Assembly (NCBI GenBank): GCA_035280025.1
Contig: DATEGT010000255.1
Coordinates: 1 to 55,394, forward strand
DNA from: Burkholderiales bacterium
Lineage (GTDB): Bacteria; Pseudomonadota; Gammaproteobacteria; Burkholderiales; SG8-39
DNA: 55,394 nucleotides
Direction: 5' to 3'
Made by a program: the position numbers and the translations under genes. A model generated the notes under the pieces. That model had not been told where the DNA came from. It saw only the letters and a program-made list of their open reading frames with translations, and did not search any database. Shown here in pieces: positions 28,112-36,140 of this stretch (the first letter of the stretch is position 1; each line of letters starts with the position of its first letter).

Positions 28112-28591
28112 TCACCCTCCCCGCAGCCCCGTCCTCCAAGCGGCGCCCCACCCGGCGCGCCGCGTATGGAAGTACGCCGCCACGGAGAAGTCGAAAGCCA
28201 GGCAGAAGACTCCGTACGCGAGGGGGATGGCGGTCAGCTGACCCGGCTCGAACGCGGAATGGATTCCATGCGCCTGGAGCTCGTGCAGCAGGTCCCACAG
28301 CCCGTGCAGGGGATATCCCACGATCAGCGCGAGCGGCAGGCGCGTTCCGAGGAGGCCGATCGCGGCGAACACGGCGACGGCGGCCGTTTCCGCCCGCCAC
28401 GCCGTTGCAGCACCGAAGTACGCCGTGAAGGCCAGGTAGAACGCGGCGATCATGACGAGGAAGGCCCCGTAGAAAACCTGCTCGCCCCTGGGGCCGAGGA
28501 ACTTCCGCGCGAGGAAGATCGTCCCGGCCGCCGCCAACAGGCCGATCGTCGCGTAGAGGATCAGGATCACGACAAATCCGAGCATGCCCAT
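28112..28591 (-). CDS. small polytopic membrane protein of unknown function
   Basis: ATG 28589-28591 is preceded by GAGGAAGGA. 159 aa with about 5 hydrophobic helices (MGMLGFVVILILYATIGLLAAAG...). Contains the His-containing stretch YPLHGLWDLLHELQAHGIH. Confidence 0.5.
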   Translation of the reverse strand: MGMLGFVVILILYATIGLLAAAGTIFLARKFLGPRGEQVFYGAFLVMIAAFYLAFTAYFGAATAWRAETAAVAVFAAIGLLGTRLPLALIVGYPLHGLWDLLHELQAHGIHSAFEPGQLTAIPLAYGVFCLAFDFSVAAYFHTRRAGWGAAWRTGLRGG

Positions 28592-28685
28592 GGGTTTCCT
28601 TCCTCGAAGGGGTAGTTGCGCGGAGACTAACCGCTCCGCGCCGTATCGGGCAAGCCGGGCCTGATACCATGCACGCGACTCTCCC

Positions 28686-29522
28686 ATGAGCTATCTCGTC
28701 ATCCAGGGGCTCGAAGTCGAAACCCCCGACCTCAAGGAAATCGCGAAGTTGTGCGGCGCCTCCCGGATCGAGAACCGGGGCCACAACGCCTTCTGGCTGC
28801 ACGATTACAAGAGGCAGGACGGCGTTGCCGAGTACTGCGCCAGGGCGCAGCTCGATTTCGCCTTCGTGCCCGCGCCGGCCAGGCTGTCCGACTTCCGTCT
28901 CCTCGTGATGGACATGGATTCCACGCTCATCACCATCGAAACCATCGACGAGCTCGCCGACCTCGTGGGCCGCAAGACCGAAGTTGCGGCCGTCACCGCG
29001 CAGGCCATGCGCGGGGAGATCGAGTACGACGAGAGCCTCCGGCGCCGTGTCGCGGTCCTGAAGGGCCTTCCCGAGAGCGCCCTGGAGCGCTTGTATACAG
29101 AGCGGGTCAGGCTCTCCCCCGGCGCGGAGCGGATGATCGAGGGGGTCAGGAAGGCGGGGCTGAAGACCCTCCTCGTCTCGGGCGGCTTTACCCAGGTGAC
29201 GGACAGGCTGAAGAAACGGTTGAGTTTGGACTACGTGCGGGCGAACACGCTGGGAGTCGAGAACGGCAGGTTCACCGGCGAGCTCGTCGGCCGGATCGTC
29301 AACGCGGACGTCAAGCGGAAAGCGCTGCTCGATGCGCGCGACGGGATCGGGGCGACCCGGGACCAGATCATCGCGATCGGAGACGGCGCGAACGATCTCG
29401 CGTTCATGGGCGAAGCCGGGGTAAGCATCGCCTATCACGCGAAACCGGTCGTGCGGACGAGATCCAGGCACTGTTTCGACTACGTCGGCCTGGACGGCTT
29501 GTTGAACTTGCAGGCTTCATGA
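28686..29522 (+). CDS. serB: phosphoserine phosphatase
   Basis: HAD motifs LLVMDMDSTLI, LLVSGGF and AIGDGANDL. 278 aa. Confidence 0.9.
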   Translation: MSYLVIQGLEVETPDLKEIAKLCGASRIENRGHNAFWLHDYKRQDGVAEYCARAQLDFAFVPAPARLSDFRLLVMDMDSTLITIETIDELADLVGRKTEVAAVTAQAMRGEIEYDESLRRRVAVLKGLPESALERLYTERVRLSPGAERMIEGVRKAGLKTLLVSGGFTQVTDRLKKRLSLDYVRANTLGVENGRFTGELVGRIVNADVKRKALLDARDGIGATRDQIIAIGDGANDLAFMGEAGVSIAYHAKPVVRTRSRHCFDYVGLDGLLNLQAS

Positions 29523-29572
29523 TCGAATACGATCAGTCTGCCCGACAACCTTGAGGATTCGGCAAGCTCGCA

Positions 29573-30322
29573 GTGGTTGACCCGGATACTTTGAAGACGG
29601 ACACGCAGGCTCGCAGCAGCGCCATCCGCGTATACGCGAGCGGCGCACCGCGCGTCGCGCTACAGCGCCTGGCGCCGGAGTTCGAGCGCGAGACCGGCCG
29701 CGCCCTGGCGCTCACCTTCGACGGGGTGGCCCCGCTGCGCGCGCGCCTTGCGGCAGGCGAAAAAACCGACGTCATCCTGCTCCCGGCGACGATGCTCGCC
29801 GAAATGGACGCGAAAGGCGCGTTGCGCGCCGCAAGCCGGGCCGCGCTCGCGCGCGTCGGCATCGGCATCGCGGTGCGCAAAGGCGCCTCCGTGCCTGATA
29901 TCTCCAGCCCGGACGCGGTGCGGGCGGCGCTTCTCGCCGCGCGTTCGATCGCCTACTCCGACCCGAAACTCGCGCCCAGCGGCGTGCACTTGGAGCGCGT
30001 GCTCGCGCAGCTGGGCATCGCCGACGACGCCCGCCCGAAGACGACCTTGCGCACGCCGTTCGACGGCGGCGTCGAGCTCGTCGCGAGCGGCCGGGTCGAG
30101 GTCGGAATCTATCTCGTGAGCGAGATACGCATGGTCGAGGGCGTCGCCCTCGCCGGCCTGCTGCCGCGGCAGCTGCAGAGCTACCTCGTGTTCGCCGGCG
30201 CGGTCGCGGCCGACAGCCCGGTGCCGGAGGCCGCGCTCGCGTTCCTCGAGTTCCTCCGCGCCCCCGCGGGGCGGGACCGCTGGGAAGCGGCGGGCTTCGA
30301 GCCCACGGAGGGCTCGGGGTGA
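29573..30322 (+). CDS. ModA-like (molybdate/tungstate-type) periplasmic-binding-fold protein lacking a signal peptide
   Basis: IRVYASGAPRVALQRLAPEFERETGRALALTFDGVAPLRARLAAGEKTDVILLPATMLAEMDAKGAL follows the ModA/SBP_bac_11 pattern. The GTG start cannot be extended because an in-frame TGA lies 18 nt upstream. No hydrophobic N-terminus. Confidence 0.55.
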   Translation: MVDPDTLKTDTQARSSAIRVYASGAPRVALQRLAPEFERETGRALALTFDGVAPLRARLAAGEKTDVILLPATMLAEMDAKGALRAASRAALARVGIGIAVRKGASVPDISSPDAVRAALLAARSIAYSDPKLAPSGVHLERVLAQLGIADDARPKTTLRTPFDGGVELVASGRVEVGIYLVSEIRMVEGVALAGLLPRQLQSYLVFAGAVAADSPVPEAALAFLEFLRAPAGRDRWEAAGFEPTEGSG

Positions 30323-30341
30323 GAAGTCGCAGCCGCCGCGA

Positions 30342-30989
30342 GTGAAAATCGTGTCGATCAGCGTCGGCCTGCCGCGCGAAGTCCGGTGGCATGGAAAGCC
30401 CGTCCTTACCTCCATCTTCAAGGCCCCGGTGAAAGGTCCCGTGAAAGCGGAGCGCTTGAACCTGGAAGGCGACCGGCAGTCCGACCTCAAGGTTCACGGC
30501 GGTGCGGACAAGGCGGTGTACGTCTATCCGGCGGAGCACTACGCGTTCTGGCGCGCAGAGCTGCCGGGTGTGGAGCTGCCCCAGGGCGCGTTCGGCGAGA
30601 ATTTCACCAGCGAAGGCCTGCTCGAGGACGGCGTGCACATCGGCGACCGCTTCAGGATCGGCACCGCCGAGTTCGCGGTGACCCAACCGCGCATGCCCTG
30701 CTACAAGCTCGCGATACGATTCGGTCGGCCTGACATCGTCAAGCGCTTCCTCAGGAGCGGCCGGACCGGCTTCTACCTCGCGGTGACGCGCGTGGGAGAG
30801 GTCGCGGCCGGCGACGCGGTCGCACCGATCGCGCGCGAAAAAGCCGCGGTCAGCGTCGCCGAGATCGTCGCCCTCTATGCCGCCGACGACGCGAACCAGG
30901 AGTTGCTGCGCAGGGCGAGCGCCCTGCCCGCGCTTCCCGAGGGCTGGCGCGATTATTTTCGCAAGCGCCTGTGGGAGCCCGATGGGTGA
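30342..30989 (+). CDS. MOSC-domain protein (YiiM-like)
   Basis: GDRQSDLKVHGGADKAVYVYP, GENFTSEGL and the conserved cysteine context FAVTQPRMPCYKL. 215 aa. Confidence 0.85.
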   Translation: MKIVSISVGLPREVRWHGKPVLTSIFKAPVKGPVKAERLNLEGDRQSDLKVHGGADKAVYVYPAEHYAFWRAELPGVELPQGAFGENFTSEGLLEDGVHIGDRFRIGTAEFAVTQPRMPCYKLAIRFGRPDIVKRFLRSGRTGFYLAVTRVGEVAAGDAVAPIAREKAAVSVAEIVALYAADDANQELLRRASALPALPEGWRDYFRKRLWEPDG

Positions 30990-31123
30990 TCGCGCATTTC
31001 GCGCAGCGGCCGCGATCGCGGTCGAGCGGCGGCTATCCGAGGATTGACCGCACCCCGCCGCCCGGGGTTTTCGTCGATGGCTTATCCTCGGGCGCGACAA
31101 GATCGAAGAGAGCCGAGGACCCG

Positions 31124-31390
31124 ATGGCCCCAGAGAAAATCAAGGTACGCGTAACCGAAACCGGGCAGACGCTGGACGTGGTGGTCTACAGCAAGCGGGC
31201 CGACCGCATAGAGATCGTGCTCGGCGAAGGCATCCACAACGTCAAGTGCGAGCTGACCCCGACTCGCATGGGTCTGTCCTACGCCGGGAGCGTGAGGGGG
31301 CGGGAGCTCGTCTACGAACGGAGCCGGGAGCAGGTTCAAGCCGACATCGACAAGCTGAACCCGGCGCTGCGCGAGCCCAGGCGCCGTTGA
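31124..31390 (+). CDS. small hypothetical protein (88 aa)
   Basis: ATG 31124 is preceded by GAGGAC. The translation MAPEKIKVRVTETGQTLDVVVYSKRADRIEIVLGEGIHNVKCELTP... has balanced, protein-like composition, unlike the Arg/Pro-rich over-extension in the track. Confidence 0.45.
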   Translation: MAPEKIKVRVTETGQTLDVVVYSKRADRIEIVLGEGIHNVKCELTPTRMGLSYAGSVRGRELVYERSREQVQADIDKLNPALREPRRR

Positions 31391-31410
31391 CGGCCGCGCA
31401 CCGGCGCGAA

Positions 31411-32367
31411 ATGACGCCCCGAGGCGCGCCACCGGCACGCAAGGCGAGACCGCCGGAGCCGACCCTCGCCGCCGTCGTGCGCCGGCAGGCCGGCGTTGCG
31501 TGGTCCCGCGCGCGAGAGCTGTGCACGCAAGGACGCGTAACGGTGAACGGCCAGCGCTGCCTCGACGCAGCCTTGCGCGTTCCCCCGGGCGCCGAGGTGG
31601 CCGTCGACGAGAACGCGCCGAAGCTCCGGTCCGGCGCCCTGCCCGAGAGCGCGCTCGTGTTTCTGGACCGCGACGTCGTCGTCGTCGACAAGCCCCCCGG
31701 GATGCTGAGCGTCGCCTACGAGGCAGGCGAGAAAGACACGCTCGTCGAATGCACACGAACGCTGCTGCGCCGCATGCACGGACGCGGCTTCGATCCCGGA
31801 CTGGGCGTCGTTCACCGGCTCGACAAGGAGACGAGCGGCGTGATGGTGTTCGCGCGCACCGCGCAGGCGAAGCGCATCCTGGCAATGCGGTTCCGCGCGC
31901 ACGACATCGAGCGCGTCTATCATGCGATCGCGCACGGGGTGGTCGCCGCGCAGCGGATCGAAACTCGCCTCGTCCTGGATCGCGGCGACGGAATCCGCGG
32001 CTCCTATGGTCACTTCCGGCGCCCCAGAGGCGGGATTCCTCCCGAGGCGAAGCATTCGGTCACGCACGTCAGGCCGATCGCTCCGCTCGACGGCGCGACC
32101 CTGGTCGAGTGCCGCCTCGAGACCGGCCGGCAGCATCAGATCCGCATCCACCTGTCCGAGCTCGGCCATCCCCTGGTCGGCGAGCGCGTGTATGTCCGCG
32201 ACTACGCCGGTCGAAAGATCGAAGCGGCGCGGACGATGCTCCACGCGCGAACGCTCGGATTCGACCATCCCCGAACGGGGCAGCGCATGTCTTTCGAACG
32301 CGAAGCGCCCGAGGATTTCAGCGCGATGCTCGAATCGCTTCAACCCACGCAACGCCGACGCGACTGA
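31411..32367 (+). CDS. RluA-family pseudouridine synthase with an S4-like N-domain
   Basis: Catalytic motif VVHRLDKETSGVMVFA, S4-like RELCTQGRVTVNGQ, and C-terminal GRQHQIRIHL. Start at ATG 31411. TTG 31386, which overlaps the preceding stop, is an alternative. Confidence 0.85.
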   Translation: MTPRGAPPARKARPPEPTLAAVVRRQAGVAWSRARELCTQGRVTVNGQRCLDAALRVPPGAEVAVDENAPKLRSGALPESALVFLDRDVVVVDKPPGMLSVAYEAGEKDTLVECTRTLLRRMHGRGFDPGLGVVHRLDKETSGVMVFARTAQAKRILAMRFRAHDIERVYHAIAHGVVAAQRIETRLVLDRGDGIRGSYGHFRRPRGGIPPEAKHSVTHVRPIAPLDGATLVECRLETGRQHQIRIHLSELGHPLVGERVYVRDYAGRKIEAARTMLHARTLGFDHPRTGQRMSFEREAPEDFSAMLESLQPTQRRRD

Positions 32368-32418
32368 ACGACGCCGGACGCATGCGCAGCGCGCCCGGGC
32401 TTCCCGACACTTAGGCGC

Positions 32419-33072
32419 TCAGGCCGCGCGCTCGATATGGTGGAACTTGCGCTCCCGGTTCATGCGATAGAAGCGCCGCAGCTCGGCGACCGCCGCGGCG
32501 TGCGGGGCTGACCCGGCGCGGATCAGGCCGCGCGCCAGGCGCCGGCAGAAGCGCGCCGCGTAGGCGTTGGCGCGCCGGTACAGCGCGATCCGCTCGCCCG
32601 CGAGCACGGAATCCACGCGCGCCCGCTCGAACAGCACGTGATGCAGCTCGACGGGAAAACGCTCCGGGTGCTGTTCCCGCAGCAGCCACAGGGTGCCGAC
32701 ATACTTGTCTATCTCGCCCTGCAGCTCGAGCTCGAGCAGCGTCACCGGGCGGCCGTGCGCGGCGCTCCAGGCGAGGCGCACGAAGTGGCTTACTCCCTCC
32801 AGCGCCGTGAGCGTGTCGGCGATATTGCCCCCGTGCAGCGCGTCGAAGGGATTCTCCGACGTCAGGCGCCGCAGCACGCCGGGCTCCAGGTACACGCCGA
32901 TCCAGAGCGTGTCGCCCTCCTGCGCGACCAGCACCTGCTCGTCGGCGCCGTTGTCCCCGCGCGCGGGCGGCACGCGGCCGCGGTCGGTCAGCACGAATTC
33001 GGCCACGTCGTGTACGAGGGGCACGTCGTAGATGCCGGCGAGCAGACTCTGCATCGCCCGCAGCATGGTCAC
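32419..33072 (-). CDS. hypothetical cytoplasmic protein (downstream member of a two-gene pair)
   Basis: About 215 aa, starting at GTG 33070-33072 or ATG 33064-33066. No TM segment, no signal peptide and no motif I recognise. Codon usage looks native (GC-rich third positions). Confidence 0.6.
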   Translation of the reverse strand: MTMLRAMQSLLAGIYDVPLVHDVAEFVLTDRGRVPPARGDNGADEQVLVAQEGDTLWIGVYLEPGVLRRLTSENPFDALHGGNIADTLTALEGVSHFVRLAWSAAHGRPVTLLELELQGEIDKYVGTLWLLREQHPERFPVELHHVLFERARVDSVLAGERIALYRRANAYAARFCRRLARGLIRAGSAPHAAAVAELRRFYRMNRERKFHHIERAA

Positions 33073-33075
33073 GCC

Positions 33076-33690
33076 TCAATGCGTCCGCAAGGCGACCGGC
33101 GAGGGCTCGATGCCCATGCGCCGCAGCAGGCGGCGCGTGCGCTCGCTGCCGGTCTTCAGCCAGATCTCGTAGAGCCGCAGCACGTCGCGCTGCGAGTAGA
33201 CGTACGCGGCGTCGGCGATCTCTCCCAGCGCGTCCGTCAGCTGCCGGAACTTGGCCGCGAGCTCCGCGAACACCTCCGCGGGCCCGCGTCGGTGCCTGCG
33301 TTCCAGCGAGCGCGCGAGGGTGTCGTAGGCCCCGCCCCCCATCGCGATGTGATAGTCGACGTCCACGAGCCGGCGCGCCATGCCGCGCGCGAAGAATCCC
33401 GCGGTGAAGAGCGACACGTCCCCGAGCCGCTGCAGCGCGCGCTCGCGCTCGGCGGCGCTCGCCGCCTCCAGCGCCTCGCCGAGCATCTGCGCGAGCGTCT
33501 TCAAGCCGCCGTCGTCGGAGGCGGATTCCTGCAGGTGCTCGGCGCGCGCGAACAGGGTGAGCATGTCGACCACATAGCGCTCGGTCTGCTCATCCACCGC
33601 CGTGCCCTGGTCCTCCAGCACGCCGTGCAGCGCATCGCGGAAAAATTCCGCCAGGCTGGTCACCGTCAAGACGCCGGAGTCGGGTTGCAT
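33076..33690 (-). CDS. hypothetical cytoplasmic, acidic, helix-rich protein (upstream member of a two-gene pair)
   Basis: ATG 33688-33690 is preceded by GGAAGGAGAG. 204 aa. The stop lies 3 nt before the downstream start. No recognisable domain. Confidence 0.6.
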   Translation of the reverse strand: MQPDSGVLTVTSLAEFFRDALHGVLEDQGTAVDEQTERYVVDMLTLFARAEHLQESASDDGGLKTLAQMLGEALEAASAAERERALQRLGDVSLFTAGFFARGMARRLVDVDYHIAMGGGAYDTLARSLERRHRRGPAEVFAELAAKFRQLTDALGEIADAAYVYSQRDVLRLYEIWLKTGSERTRRLLRRMGIEPSPVALRTH

Positions 33691-33810
33691 GAGTCGGCTC
33701 TCCTTCCATCGGATCGACCGCTATATTGCCGGAACAAGCAGAGATCGGGCCCGCCGGGCGCTCCCAGCGTGACGAAATCACCGCGCGCCGCTGGCAGCCG
33801 TCCTTGGCGA

Positions 33811-34049
33811 GTGCTGAAAGAAAAGCCCGTGGCCGCCGGTCACCGGGGGAACCCGAAGGCGATGGAATCGCGCTTCAACGCGGCGCGCGCCGAGTTCGCG
33901 AAGCAGCCGGGCGTCGACGCCTCGAAAATCGGTGCCGTCGGCTACTGTTTCGGTTGCGCGGTGGCGCTAACCTGCCCCTGCGCTACGACGCGAAGGCGAA
34001 CAAGCAGGCCGAGGCCTCGAAGTTCTTCGCCGCGGTGTTCAAGAAATAG
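33811..34049 (+). pseudogene. remnant of a dienelactone-hydrolase-family gene (N-terminus missing, internal deletion/frameshift)
   Basis: One frame reads ...AEFAKQPGVDASKIGAVGYCFGC, the nucleophile-elbow context of DLH proteins. It then degenerates into Arg/Ser/Pro-rich nonsense. A second frame resumes at about 33965 with NLPLRYDAKANKQAEASKFFAAVFKK-stop, a typical DLH C-terminus. The roughly 100 catalytic residues that should lie between the two pieces are absent. Confidence 0.45.
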
Positions 34050-34370
34050 CTAGGCGAACATCTGCCACAGCAGGGCCGCGACCCCCGCAAGGGCGCGGCC
34101 CGATTCGCCTGCGGCCCGCCCGTCTCCCAGCAGCTCGAGCAGCGCGGGCTTGCTCGCGTTCGCGAGGGCCGTGCCCTTGCCGTTCAGCTCCAGCGAGTCG
34201 CCGTCTTTCAGCAGGTAGTCGTTCGGATCGCCGTACTGCGTCACCCACACCTCGCCCGAGCGCACGCTCAGACGCTCGCCTTTCCGGCCCCTGATCTTCA
34301 GCAGCGCGCCTTCGCCCATCTTGAATTCCTTCGCGTCCATGTCGATATCGATCATATTGACGCGGTGCAT
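34050..34370 (-). CDS. DUF2917-like small protein
   Basis: LLKIRGRKGERLSVRSGEVWVTQYGDPNDYLLKDGDSLEL matches my recollection of the DUF2917 pattern (G.vWvTq.gd..D..L..Gd). The start is uncertain: M1, M6, M11 and M18 are all possible. Confidence 0.6.
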   Translation of the reverse strand: MHRVNMIDIDMDAKEFKMGEGALLKIRGRKGERLSVRSGEVWVTQYGDPNDYLLKDGDSLELNGKGTALANASKPALLELLGDGRAAGESGRALAGVAALLWQMFA

Positions 34371-34424
34371 CAGAAGGATTTCCGGTAAGCATCCTTCTTG
34401 TTTCTTTTGTTTCTCTGCGGCGGG

Positions 34425-35036
34425 CTATTGCGGAACGGCGCCGTCGCGGCCTACATTCACCCGGCTTGTCGTGAACGTCCCGTCGGGCTTCTTCACGGCG
34501 GACAGGACCGTGAAAGCCGCGCCGGGCTTCAGGTCGCCCCTGCCGCCGATCTCGTAGCGCACGACCGGCACGCCCGGCGCCACGACGATCTTCTTCTCGC
34601 CGCCTTTGTAGCTGAGCATGACGGTGTTGCCGTCAACGCCTTTCACGGCGTTGCCGACCGTGCCGTTGGTCATGGTGCTGTTGGGTATGAAGTAGGGACG
34701 GTGGCCCTCGCCGGTCCCGCGCATCGCTTCGGGGAATATGTGGACTTCCAGCGCCTTCTGGCTGCCGTCCGGCTGCGGGATCGCCGCGCTGCCGACGAAC
34801 GACCCAGGCTTGATGTCGGCGAGCGAGGCCTTGATCACGCTGATGATCCGCGCGTCGTCGGACAGGGCGATCCTCATCGCATGGCCGTCGGTCGATTTCA
34901 CCGACAGCACGTTGCCGTCGACCTTCTCGATAGTACCGCGCACGCGTACCCCCTGCTGGGGTGCCTGGGCGATCACCTGCCAGGACACGGCCACGGAGAG
35001 AATCGCGATCGCGGGGCGCAGGGCTGCTGGTCTCAT
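34425..35036 (-). CDS. secreted protein with two tandem beta-rich repeats (DUF5666-like)
   Basis: ATG 35034-35036 is preceded by GGAGGAGGA. Signal peptide MRPAALRPAIAILSVAVSWQVIAQA. Two similar modules: VRGTIEKVDGNVLSVKSTDG...ADIKPGSFVGSAA and VGNAVKGVDGNTVMLSYKGG...GDLKPGAAFTVLSA. Confidence 0.65.
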   Translation of the reverse strand: MRPAALRPAIAILSVAVSWQVIAQAPQQGVRVRGTIEKVDGNVLSVKSTDGHAMRIALSDDARIISVIKASLADIKPGSFVGSAAIPQPDGSQKALEVHIFPEAMRGTGEGHRPYFIPNSTMTNGTVGNAVKGVDGNTVMLSYKGGEKKIVVAPGVPVVRYEIGGRGDLKPGAAFTVLSAVKKPDGTFTTSRVNVGRDGAVPQ

Positions 35037-35205
35037 CTTTTGTCCTCCTCCGACACGCGGCGACTCTAGCACGCGCCGTCCTACCCCAGGCGCGTGTCGG
35101 GAATTCACTACATTTTGTACCGGGAAAACCCGCACTCGGTTTCATTTCCTTGCACAAACATTACAAATTCGTAATCTCTCGCGCTCGCACTTGGTCTTAA
35201 ACTCG

Positions 35206-36087
35206 ATGCCTGAACAACAAGAGCGCAGCATGGAGACAGACTACCCTCAAGGCGATCGCGGCAGCCTGATCGCGTTCGTCCATATCCCGAAGACCGCGGG
35301 AACCACCCTCAACTCCATACTCGCCCAGCAGTATTCCCCCGACGAGCTTCACGAGGTCATGATGAGGGGCATGAGCTGGATCGCGCCGCAGGCGCGCCTG
35401 GTCCCGAAGCCCCTGATCTCGCTGTCGAAGATTCACCGCCTGAAGGCGGCGCTCAGGTGCCCGCGACGGCTTCGCCTGATCCACGGGCATTTCGACTTGT
35501 CGCTCCTCAGGGTGTTTCCGGCAGGCGCCCGCTGCTTCACGCTGCTGCGGGACCCGGTCGATCGCGCGATCTCCCACTACTACCACTACCGCCGGATGAC
35601 CGCCGACCCGGTGCACGCGCTGGCGATGCGATCCACGCTCGCGCAATGGGTGAGCGCCTGCGGGCTCGTGGAAATGGACAACGGGCAGACGCGCCGCCTC
35701 GCCGGTGAGATGAACCTGCCCTGCGGACGTGTTAACGCCGGGATGCTCGAGCGCGCCAAGTCCAACCTCGCCCGATTCGCCGTCGTCGGCCTGACCGAGC
35801 GCTTCGAGGAATCGCTGGTCCTCCTTCAACGCGCGTTCCGTTGGGAGCTCCGCGGCTTCCAGGCGCATAACGTCGGCAAGAATCGCCCGCCGCGTGCCGA
35901 GGTCGGCGAGGATGCCCTGCGGGCGATGGAGGATAGCAACCGCTTCGATCTGGAGCTTTATCGATTTGCCTGCGGCCTCTTCGAAAAGGCCGTCGCGGGG
36001 ATCGACATGGACGCCGAACTGGTACGGCTGCGGGGTGCAGCCGACGCGTCTCGAGCTGCGAGCACGGAAACGCAACAGCTCAACTGA
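35206..36087 (+). CDS. PAPS-dependent sulfotransferase (Sulfotransfer_2-like)
   Basis: 5-prime-phosphosulfate loop FVHIPKTAGTT and 3-prime-phosphate motif LLRDPVDRAISHYYH. Start at ATG 35206, or ATG 35230 (METDY). The first 156 codons of the track ORF are antisense to the neighbouring gene and are rejected. Confidence 0.75.
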   Translation: MPEQQERSMETDYPQGDRGSLIAFVHIPKTAGTTLNSILAQQYSPDELHEVMMRGMSWIAPQARLVPKPLISLSKIHRLKAALRCPRRLRLIHGHFDLSLLRVFPAGARCFTLLRDPVDRAISHYYHYRRMTADPVHALAMRSTLAQWVSACGLVEMDNGQTRRLAGEMNLPCGRVNAGMLERAKSNLARFAVVGLTERFEESLVLLQRAFRWELRGFQAHNVGKNRPPRAEVGEDALRAMEDSNRFDLELYRFACGLFEKAVAGIDMDAELVRLRGAADASRAASTETQQLN

Positions 36088-36140
36088 CCGCGTCGCTTTG
36101 GGAGGAGCGGCACAAGAAGAAGGATTGGAACCTTGCATTC

